Source: Candidatus Methanoperedens sp. (lineage in GTDB: Archaea > Halobacteriota > Methanosarcinia > Methanosarcinales > Methanoperedenaceae). From it: 32,000 nt of DNA. The stretch is from assembly GCA_041494705.1 (NCBI GenBank), contig JBGQBI010000004.1:296471-328470 (forward strand), in the 5' to 3' direction. The notes under the pieces are model-generated. The model was not told the DNA's origin. It was given only the letters and a program-made list of their open reading frames with translations, and did no database searches. This document shows positions 18,978-26,177 of this stretch, piece after piece; the first letter of the stretch is position 1; the number at the start of each line of letters is the position of its first letter. Made by a program: the position numbers and the translations under genes.

Positions 18978-19405
18978 TATACTTCGCCTTTTTTGTCAAT
19001 ATAATGCCCAATAATTATCCAGGAAAACATGCTGGCGACCGAAATCACATATACCGTGCTTGTATATTCCAGCCTTAAATTTAAGATGCTGTTAGCAAGG
19101 CCGGAAACGATCAAGACCGCAATAAGCAGCAAAAATGCAAATGATCCAGCCTTCTCACCGACACGCATAGATCGTTCGTCAGCTATTGTATTTCCTTCTG
19201 ATTCTGCCTTGAACCTTTTGATGTTGAAATATGCGCCTATCAAAAGAGTCAAGCCAAAAATGATGAAAATCAAGGGCTCATAATACGGTTTTCCTTCATA
19301 AATAGTTTGAAGGAACCAAAAAGATGCAAATGCGAGCATAAATACGCTTGTGGCCAGGTTAATCTTACTCATCAACAGTAGTTTTTTATTTTCGTTAAGT
19401 TTCAT
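18977..19405 (-). CDS. Array paralog 1 (last in transcription order): 4-TM DER-loop membrane protein (DUF2178-like)
   Basis: 142 aa, four hydrophobic helices, loop [18 protein letters not shown]-terminus YIDKKGEV. Confidence 0.7.
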   Translation of the reverse strand: MKLNENKKLLLMSKINLATSVFMLAFASFWFLQTIYEGKPYYEPLIFIIFGLTLLIGAYFNIKRFKAESEGNTIADERSMRVGEKAGSFAFLLLIAVLIVSGLANSILNLRLEYTSTVYVISVASMFSWIIIGHYIDKKGEV

Positions 19406-19803
19406 TCGATATCGCCTTTTTTGTAGAAATAAAATGCAAATAACGCATATAACACAAACATGCCTAAAGGCAAAAAAAACCCCACCTCAATAAAATTTAT
19501 CTCAGGCGGCGGAAATCCAATGTTGAGCATACCGAAAAGAGACAGAGAAACGAAAGTCAACCAAAAAACATAATATGCCGCCTTTTCTGAGCCTCTTTGT
19601 CCTCGTTCATCGACAAGAATAACTGTTGGTTTTGGTTTTGTTGATTGATATATCGTTCTTACCAGCATAGTGGCCCAAACAGCAGTAAAGACTGACAGAT
19701 GCTGATTTGATGTATTTTGAAGCCAACGCGCAAAAAAAATTAACACCAAAAAAATAAAAAAACCCGCTTCAAACAAAATATCTTTATCTTTCCTGAATTT
19801 CAT
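19402..19803 (-). CDS. Array paralog 2: 4-TM DER-loop membrane protein (DUF2178-like)
   Basis: 133 aa. N-terminus MKFRKDKDI, loop VDERGQRGSEKAAYYVF, C-terminus [12 protein letters not shown] overlaps at both ends. Confidence 0.7.
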   Translation of the reverse strand: MKFRKDKDILFEAGFFIFLVLIFFARWLQNTSNQHLSVFTAVWATMLVRTIYQSTKPKPTVILVDERGQRGSEKAAYYVFWLTFVSLSLFGMLNIGFPPPEINFIEVGFFLPLGMFVLYALFAFYFYKKGDIE

Positions 19804-20195
19804 TTAATATCACCTTTTTTATTATAAAACCACAGAAATAATATGAATGAATATATTCCCATAAACAAAATCACAACACTTGCATCCTTGTATATTATGG
19901 TTCCAGGAATTACAATTTCAAATATGTCCAGAATTATAATTGTCTCCATGACAATCCAAAAAGCAGCATGTCCTGCTTTATCCCTATTTTTATTAGTCCT
20001 CTCATCAGGCATAAAATATTCTTTTGGCTTTGATGCAACATACACACCCATTGAGGTCAGTATCAGCCCGCCAAGAATAAGCCCTCCGCCAAGAAATGGC
20101 GGATTTACATATTTGGATAGAACTGCGCCTACAAGCGCCATGCCTATGCTTGCCGCAAAAAACTTCATTATTTCTTTGTCTGTTCTGAATTTCAT
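19800..20195 (-). CDS. Array paralog 3: 4-TM DER-loop membrane protein (DUF2178-like)
   Basis: 131 aa. N-terminus MKFRTDKEI, loop PDERTNKNRDKAGHAAF, C-terminus FYNKKGDIK. ATGA overlaps at both ends. Confidence 0.7.
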   Translation of the reverse strand: MKFRTDKEIMKFFAASIGMALVGAVLSKYVNPPFLGGGLILGGLILTSMGVYVASKPKEYFMPDERTNKNRDKAGHAAFWIVMETIIILDIFEIVIPGTIIYKDASVVILFMGIYSFILFLWFYNKKGDIK

Positions 20196-20605
20196 TCAGC
20201 ATCACCTTTTTTGTTGTAGTACCACCTAAACACAATGAAAATCCATAGTCCGATAATCCATATATCCCGAACCACTTGCTCTACTTCTATCGACGGTGTT
20301 ATTGACGGGGAGATTTTCAGCAATCGCAGGAGCGAGATTATTGCTGCAATCAGCAGGGTTGCAATAAACGCAGAATATCCGGCTTTTTCACGGACTCTGG
20401 TGGAGCGTTCGTCTTCTATTAAATCTTCTTTAGATTTAGTTGCTGCAATAAGACCGGCAGTTAATCCTATCAGACCACCCATAATTAAAAGAAATCCGAT
20501 AGTGCTAAATGGTTTGATAAATAAAAAAATGATAATTCCAGCCAGAATTGCGCCCAGACTGATCCCAATAAATTTTATGATGTCCTTATCTTTCCTGAAT
20601 CTCAT
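20192..20605 (-). CDS. Array paralog 4: 4-TM DER-loop membrane protein (DUF2178-like)
   Basis: 137 aa. N-terminus MRFRKDKDI, loop EDERSTRVREKAGYSAF, C-terminus WYYNKKGDAE. Closest to paralog 6 (shared SPS(I/L)TPS and WYYNKKGD). Confidence 0.7.
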   Translation of the reverse strand: MRFRKDKDIIKFIGISLGAILAGIIIFLFIKPFSTIGFLLIMGGLIGLTAGLIAATKSKEDLIEDERSTRVREKAGYSAFIATLLIAAIISLLRLLKISPSITPSIEVEQVVRDIWIIGLWIFIVFRWYYNKKGDAE

Positions 20606-20631
20606 TTTATAGTCACCCTTATCTATCGGTT

Positions 20632-21042
20632 TTATTCTCCTTTTTTAACAAAATAGTAAACCAGTATGCCCCACGAATATATTCCGATATGTGCGACAAT
20701 TATCGGCGTCCATGGGGAATCCTTGGCTGCCAGCAGGAAATTATTTGTCCCACCCAAAATGTATGCTCCACTCAATAGAAACAAACATCCCATAAGAATC
20801 AGAAATGCGTATAAGCTCGCTTTTTCACCAGCTCTTCTGGTTCTTTCATCGCCCAAAACTCCTGTTCTTGGCCTGGACAAAAGAAGCGAGGCAGTTATGA
20901 TGATGTCCAACTGCCAAATAATGAAGATAATATTGTTTGGGCTAAACCTTCGTCCTAAAATTATTTGGATTATTGTACTTGCCAATAACACAAACCCGAG
21001 AACGAATACCAAATACAGCCATTTTCTGTTGAATTTGTTCAT
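20632..21042 (-). CDS. Array paralog 5: 4-TM DER-loop membrane protein (DUF2178-like)
   Basis: 136 aa. Loop GDERTRRAGEKASLYAF, C-terminus YFVKKGE. A 26-nt gap with GGGTGAC SD separates it from the next gene. Confidence 0.7.
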   Translation of the reverse strand: MNKFNRKWLYLVFVLGFVLLASTIIQIILGRRFSPNNIIFIIWQLDIIITASLLLSRPRTGVLGDERTRRAGEKASLYAFLILMGCLFLLSGAYILGGTNNFLLAAKDSPWTPIIVAHIGIYSWGILVYYFVKKGE

Positions 21043-21452
21043 TTGATATCACCTTTTTTATTGTAGTACCACTTAAGTATCAAGAAAGAGTACAGCCCTA
21101 TGACCCAAATTAGAAGAGCTCCACCCAAGAAATCGTTGGAAGGAGTTAACGAGGGGGACAACTTCACAATATTAAGGAACATAATTACTGCCGCCACAGA
21201 CACCATTATTTCATACGCGTAATACCCTGCTTTTTCCTTAATTCTTCCAGACCGCTCATCTTCCATAAAGTAATCTTTGGGTTTTGAAGCTATACGTAAA
21301 CCTATTATAAATCCCATCAGTCCGCTAGAAATTGAAATAACCCCAATAATCGTAATCTGGGGAATGAACCATATTATAAATGTTCCAGCCAAAATTGCAG
21401 CCAAACAGAATCCAAGAAGTTTTGAAATATCTTTGTCTTTTCTAAATTTCAT
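21039..21452 (-). CDS. Array paralog 6: 4-TM DER-loop membrane protein (DUF2178-like)
   Basis: 137 aa. N-terminus MKFRKDKDI, loop EDERSGRIKEKAGYYAY, C-terminus WYYNKKGDIK. ATGA overlaps at both ends. Confidence 0.7.
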   Translation of the reverse strand: MKFRKDKDISKLLGFCLAAILAGTFIIWFIPQITIIGVISISSGLMGFIIGLRIASKPKDYFMEDERSGRIKEKAGYYAYEIMVSVAAVIMFLNIVKLSPSLTPSNDFLGGALLIWVIGLYSFLILKWYYNKKGDIK

Positions 21453-21838
21453 TCCACGTCACCTTTCCTTTTGAAGAACCACTGAAAAACTCCCGCAGCC
21501 ACGGTCGCCACAGCCAATGTTAATGAAAGAGCTTGTGAAGCAGGCATCTTAACCAGATTATAAAGATCTAACCATAGCAATAAACTCACGAATATAAATG
21601 TAACCAGCCATGAATAAGCCAGTGCAAAAGCCCCAAGCTTTGTTGTTCTCTCATCACTCTCAGGTCCCTCTCCGAATTTTAGATGCCGAAGCGCGCTTCC
21701 TATAATGAGAATCAAACCGGACAATGTAAATAAACTTGCAATTAAACTGAAAACGCCTTTCCAGATAATCTCTATCGCTATACCCAGAAGCAGCAGCACA
21801 AGCCCAATCGCCAGACGGGATTTATATTCGTTCTTCAT
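21449..21838 (-). CDS. Array paralog 7: divergent 4-TM DER-loop membrane protein
   Basis: 129 aa. Loop SDERTTKLGAFALAYSW (EKA lost), C-terminus FFKRKGDVE. Confidence 0.65.
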   Translation of the reverse strand: MKNEYKSRLAIGLVLLLLGIAIEIIWKGVFSLIASLFTLSGLILIIGSALRHLKFGEGPESDERTTKLGAFALAYSWLVTFIFVSLLLWLDLYNLVKMPASQALSLTLAVATVAAGVFQWFFKRKGDVE

Positions 21839-21847
21839 ATACTTACT

Positions 21848-22234
21848 CTAAAACCCGATTTCCTTCTTTATCTTCGTATAATACAAGTGGAATGCTATTT
21901 TTGAAACTATTATGACCGCAATCAAAATCCCGAGTACTTCGAACACATCAAAAAGCATTGGGTAAAAATGCAACACTATCGTCAGTATCCCGATTGTTGA
22001 GATTGCTGCAACCAGTGTATACTCCGACGCTATGGAGGAAATTCTTTTTGTCATTTCATCTTTTTTCATTTCACCTTTGTATATTGATCTACGTAAAAAA
22101 TAATTTAAAAATAGTGCTATTCCAGCAGCGGCCATCATACTTACCCCAACAGTATCGCCATAAAATGATAAGATAACGGCAGCAATTCCAAAAATCGAAG
22201 CCAGTACCAGCGTTAGCATGTCAGATTTTTTCAT
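21848..22234 (-). CDS. Array paralog 8 (first in transcription order): most divergent 4-TM member
   Basis: ATG at 22234 is preceded by GGAGGT (22246..22241); the track start at 22249 is TTG. Loop is degenerate (KKDEMTKRISSIASEYTL) and the C-terminus YYTKIKKEIGF lacks KKGD. Confidence 0.6.
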   Translation of the reverse strand: MKKSDMLTLVLASIFGIAAVILSFYGDTVGVSMMAAAGIALFLNYFLRRSIYKGEMKKDEMTKRISSIASEYTLVAAISTIGILTIVLHFYPMLFDVFEVLGILIAVIIVSKIAFHLYYTKIKKEIGF

Positions 22235-22248
22235 ATCATCAACCTCCA

Positions 22249-22296
22249 AATGTTGTATATTTACAACATTATGTTATGTATTTAACACTATTTAAA
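22249..22296 (-). promoter_or_regulatory. Putative promoter (TATA box TTTAAATA) plus a perfect 9-4-9 palindromic operator upstream of the membrane-protein array
   Basis: Minus-strand TTTAAATA is plus 22289..22296. AATGTTGTA-TATT-TACAACATT lies at 22249..22270, about 20-40 nt downstream of the TATA box (the expected TSS zone) and directly upstream of the SD. Confidence 0.5.
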
Positions 22297-22471
22297 ACTT
22301 TCTTTTTTGTTAGAAATATATCACTTAAAAGTTCTTGAATACGAAGAACCTATAGCTCTGCAATAGATAGGAGCAGCTTTATCCGGTGTTGATAGCTGGT
22401 AGTGCGTCATCTTGATTTGTTTTTGTAAAAGTGACGGATGGTCCCGGTACGAACATTTAATTACATAACCT

Positions 22472-24466
22472 ATGAATATTAACCTGAATCTGGCTATGAA
22501 TCAAAGACAAAAACCAGCACAATCGACTGCATGGGAACAGGATAAAAATTACATTTTCTGGTGCCCCAAGTGCAACATCCCATTGCTTGAGGAAGAGTGC
22601 GGCATATGCCATGAAAAAAGTGCTCAAATCGAGCTTTCCCAGCCCGGAGACGTGCGGTTTTCCTCGCAGCATGAAAGAGAAATAATCAACAACTTGATGC
22701 TAGAGCTTTTTGGCAGCAATCCTCTTGCAGGAAAACTCATTCTTTTGAATAAAATTCCGGGCGAGGATAAGACAGACGAGATTCTCGTGGATGGAATTCG
22801 TTTCGGCGTGTTGAGATTCGATATGAAGGAACTCGATTTCAAGCTCGACCTCATGGTTGAAGGGGCTTCTGCGCTCATAAATTCAGGCATTTTAAGTAAA
22901 CTTGTTAAAATATCCTCAGGCGGGCGGCATCTGAGCGGCAAAAACATTGACGGGAGCGAAGTCATTGAGTGTTCGGAGGATATCAGGAAAGGGGATACCG
23001 TTCTTGTAATTGCCAGGAATTTAAGCGGGTTTGGCATATCATATCGCGATAGCGGCGATTTGAAACACCCGGGGCAGGCGTTAAAGGTCAAAAAAATCGA
23101 ATCGCAACAAGTGAGCTTTATTTCAAGGAATCCATCCATGGATGAAATTATCCGCGCCAATGCGCCTCACATGAAAAGGCTTGTCAGGGATGCCGTAAAT
23201 ACTATCAGGGGAATCGCAAACCAGAAAGAATTCAGGGATTCGCCTGTCTATGTTTCTTTTTCAGGCGGCAAGGACAGCCTTACAACGCTTGACCTCACGC
23301 GGAACGCCGTGAAAAAACCAATAAAGGTATTTTTTGCAAACACTGGAATCGAATTTCCGGAAACGGTTGAGTTTGTAAGAAGATTCTGCAAAGAAAACAG
23401 TATCGAGCTTATAGAAGTGGAGGCAAAGGATGCTTTCTTTGAGAATCTTCCGAGTTTCGGACCTCCTGCCAAGGATTTCAGGTGGTGCTGCAAGGTGTGC
23501 AAACTTGCGCCCATCAATACCGTCATAGAAGAATGCACGCGCGGCGGGGGGAAGTGTTTGACGATTGACGGGAAAAGGAAATACGAGTCCTTTACACGCT
23601 CGCGGATAGCCCCGAAAGAGGAGAACCCGTTCATTCCGGGGCAGGTGAGCGTGTTCCCGATACGCGACTGGCGCGCCATCGAAGTGTGGCTCTATATTTA
23701 TTACAGGAAACTTGAATTCAATCCATTGTACGAGCTTGGTTTTGAACGAGTGGGATGCTGGCTCTGCCCTGCTGAACTCAGCGCAGAATATTACCGGGTC
23801 AGGGAATTGCATCCTGAATTGTTTGGGCGCTGGAATGATTACCTTTTGAATTGGGCAAAAGAGCACGGAGTTACAGATGAATTCATCGGGCATGGATTCT
23901 GGCGCTGGAAAACATTGCCGCCCAAGATGATTCGCCTTGCTGAAGAGCTGAAAATCAGTACGGCATTAAAGGGCAAAAAAGAAGAGTTCGGCATCGTGGT
24001 GACAGGCGGGGTTTCGCCCTGCAAGACGGGCAGCTATACGATTGAAGGGAAAGTTTCAGGGCTTACACTTGATGAAGCCCAGAATATCGCCAACATCCTC
24101 GGTGATAATGTATTCTCAGAAGACCTCGGGGTGCTTCTGGTTAAAACAAAAAGCTCAAGCGTCAAGATATTTTCATCAGGGCATATCTCGGTGAATGCGC
24201 CGGATGAAAAAGAGGCGTTGTCGCTTTTTGAGAATGCGGCAAAGCAATTAATCCGGGTGAAGAAGTGCACGAAATGCGGCGTGTGTTTGAAAGTGTGTCC
24301 TGTGGATGCTATCGTTATCGAACCGCAGCTTAAAATAAGCAAAGAGTGCACACGATGCGGGAAATGTACGGAATCATGCGTTGTTGTGAAGTATTTTGAC
24401 AGGCTTTTGCCACAATTCAGCCAGAGAAATACCGTGCAATCACCGGCGTCACATAAGATTCAATAA
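22472..24466 (+). CDS. PAPS-reductase/PP-loop ATP-pyrophosphatase family protein with an N-terminal zinc ribbon and C-terminal 2x[4Fe-4S] ferredoxin domain
   Basis: CPKCNIPLLEEECGIC (Zn ribbon), VSFSGGKDS (PP-loop), CTKCGVCLKVCP and CTRCGKCTESC (ferredoxin motifs). The true start may be a downstream Met. The last ~9 codons run into repeat copy A. Confidence 0.75.
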   Translation: MNINLNLAMNQRQKPAQSTAWEQDKNYIFWCPKCNIPLLEEECGICHEKSAQIELSQPGDVRFSSQHEREIINNLMLELFGSNPLAGKLILLNKIPGEDKTDEILVDGIRFGVLRFDMKELDFKLDLMVEGASALINSGILSKLVKISSGGRHLSGKNIDGSEVIECSEDIRKGDTVLVIARNLSGFGISYRDSGDLKHPGQALKVKKIESQQVSFISRNPSMDEIIRANAPHMKRLVRDAVNTIRGIANQKEFRDSPVYVSFSGGKDSLTTLDLTRNAVKKPIKVFFANTGIEFPETVEFVRRFCKENSIELIEVEAKDAFFENLPSFGPPAKDFRWCCKVCKLAPINTVIEECTRGGGKCLTIDGKRKYESFTRSRIAPKEENPFIPGQVSVFPIRDWRAIEVWLYIYYRKLEFNPLYELGFERVGCWLCPAELSAEYYRVRELHPELFGRWNDYLLNWAKEHGVTDEFIGHGFWRWKTLPPKMIRLAEELKISTALKGKKEEFGIVVTGGVSPCKTGSYTIEGKVSGLTLDEAQNIANILGDNVFSEDLGVLLVKTKSSSVKIFSSGHISVNAPDEKEALSLFENAAKQLIRVKKCTKCGVCLKVCPVDAIVIEPQLKISKECTRCGKCTESCVVVKYFDRLLPQFSQRNTVQSPASHKIQ

Positions 24467-24482
24467 CAGCGGCCACAAAAAG
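24439..24482. repeat. Direct repeat copy A (44 bp, perfect)
   Basis: atcaccggcgtcacataagattcaataacagcggccacaaaaag is identical to 25614..25657. Similarity continues leftward, with 12/16 matches over 24423..24438 versus 25598..25613. Confidence 0.95.
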
Positions 24483-24568
24483 CTGGGGCGCAATAATATC
24501 GTATCGGATTGTTCTAAAATTAACCGATACCGATATATACTCTTGTGTAATATCGGATATATTAAATT

Positions 24569-25495
24569 ATGTCCGATACCGATACATCATCAATCCAGGA
24601 AAAGCTTCTTTCACGCATAAATGAAAAAATACACAGGCTTAACTCGCTTCGCCCTCTTCCAGCCGATGCCGTAAAAAAGTTACATGAAGAAATGAGGCTG
24701 CTGCATACGTATCACTCAAATGCAATAGAAGGGAATACCCTGACGCTTCCCGAGACAAAACTTGTTCTTGAAGAGGGTATTACCATAGGCGGGAAATCAC
24801 TGCGCGAGCACCTTGAAGCAACAAACAATGCCAGGGCATTCGATTTAATAGAGGATATTGCAAAGAAGAAAAAGACAATAGACCATGCTGTAATTCAGCA
24901 AATTCATGAAGTTATCACGTCAGGCATTCTCGAAGGCGCAGGCAAATACCGCACCAAGAACGTCAGGATAACGGGTGCAGCAAAAACTCCGCCAGACTGG
25001 TCAAAAGTTACCAAGCTGATGGATGAGCTTATTGAAAAAATCACTCAATGTAAAAGACATCCTGTTGATATTGCTGCCTTCCTGCATCACAGATTCGTTG
25101 AGATACATCCATTCATAGATGGAAATGGCAGGGCGTCCCGCCTTCTCACCAACCTGTATTTGATTGCCCAGGGTTATCCGCCAATAGTTCTCAAAATAGA
25201 GGACAGAGGAAAATATTACAGGTTCCTGAGAGCAGCGGATGCTGGAAACATTGTCCTGTTTGCCAATTTCATTGCAAAGGCTGTTGATGAGAGCCTGACG
25301 ATGTATCTTTCCATCTCTGGCGGGGTTGATGAACTGCTGCCCCTCAGAGAACTTGCTGGAAACACACCTTATTCCCAGGAATACCTGAGCCTGAGAGCAA
25401 GGCAGGGTGTTCTGGATGCGGTAAGAATAGGGAAAATATGGTATTCATCAAGAAATGCAATAGAACAATATCTATCTGAACACGGCAAACGATAG
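24569..25495 (+). CDS. Fic family protein (AMPylase-type) with an N-terminal inhibitory motif and C-terminal HTH-like domain
   Basis: Canonical HPFIDGNGRASR (HxFx[D/E]GNGRxxR). The upstream SNAIEGN fits the (S/T)xxxE(G/N) autoinhibitory helix. The C-terminal ~60 aa (LRELAGNTPYSQEYLSLRARQGVLDAVRIGKIWY) looks like a small DNA-binding domain. Confidence 0.85.
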   Translation: MSDTDTSSIQEKLLSRINEKIHRLNSLRPLPADAVKKLHEEMRLLHTYHSNAIEGNTLTLPETKLVLEEGITIGGKSLREHLEATNNARAFDLIEDIAKKKKTIDHAVIQQIHEVITSGILEGAGKYRTKNVRITGAAKTPPDWSKVTKLMDELIEKITQCKRHPVDIAAFLHHRFVEIHPFIDGNGRASRLLTNLYLIAQGYPPIVLKIEDRGKYYRFLRAADAGNIVLFANFIAKAVDESLTMYLSISGGVDELLPLRELAGNTPYSQEYLSLRARQGVLDAVRIGKIWYSSRNAIEQYLSEHGKR

Positions 25496-25591
25496 CGGTA
25501 TATCCCCTGTATAATTCGAGTTGTGCCCCAAATTTAAGCGCTAGGATTGTTATTCTGATTTCAGGCTGCCTATGATGAACGGGAACGCCTA

Positions 25592-26176
25592 TCACATAGA
25601 AAAATACAGCGCTATCACCGGCGTCACATAAGATTCAATAACAGCGGCCACAAAAAGAAGAGGAAGTATCCTCACCACATAAAACCACAGTCCCTGCTTA
25701 AATTCCTGTTTCAGATTCGTCCTTTCGCCTTTTAAAAACCGATACACCTCATACCCGAGCCGAAGCCCGATGGCGGCGCTAAGAAACACCATCGGCAATT
25801 CTATGATACCATGGGGAAGGACCGCTGCAAGCACAAAAAGAATCCCTTTTTCTGTTGAAAAAACCTCAGCAACCATTCCCAGGAATAATCCATTCACTGC
25901 TATAAGAAAAATCGGAACGAAACCAAGACCGATGCCAAGCACAAGAGCCAGCAGGCTGTTAATTGCATTGTTCTTGAAAATCGCGAGCATTCTTTCAAAA
26001 GGGTCAAGTTGTGTAATCCATCCGAACGTCTTCTTAAATAAATCAATATAGTATGTTGATTTTTCCGGGTTCGTTATTGATACCAATACGCCGATAATTA
26101 AGAAAAACGTGAAAATCACGGTGACTGCAAGAATATATTTCCTTAAAGAATACAGATATTCGGCATCTTTTTGCAT
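25592..26176 (-). CDS. SpoIIM-like (stage II sporulation protein M family/DUF95) membrane protein
   Basis: 194 aa polytopic protein with the PHGIIELP motif characteristic of this family. Confidence 0.7.
   Translation of the reverse strand: MQKDAEYLYSLRKYILAVTVIFTFFLIIGVLVSITNPEKSTYYIDLFKKTFGWITQLDPFERMLAIFKNNAINSLLALVLGIGLGFVPIFLIAVNGLFLGMVAEVFSTEKGILFVLAAVLPHGIIELPMVFLSAAIGLRLGYEVYRFLKGERTNLKQEFKQGLWFYVVRILPLLFVAAVIESYVTPVIALYFSM
25614..25657. repeat. Direct repeat copy B (44 bp, perfect), inside the 3' end of the SpoIIM-like gene
   Basis: Identical to 24439..24482. On the minus strand it encodes LFVAAVIESYVTPVI of the intact gene. Confidence 0.95.
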
Positions 26177-26177
26177 C

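Larger units (their letters stand above)
24439..25657. mobile_element. Putative integrated cassette or remnant carrying only a Fic gene, bounded by 44-bp direct repeats
   Basis: Direct repeats are 1175 bp apart. Copy A is a pseudo-3' end of the SpoIIM-like gene (minus-strand reading LFVAAVIESYVTPVIARYFSG*). No integrase or transposase lies inside. Confidence 0.45.
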
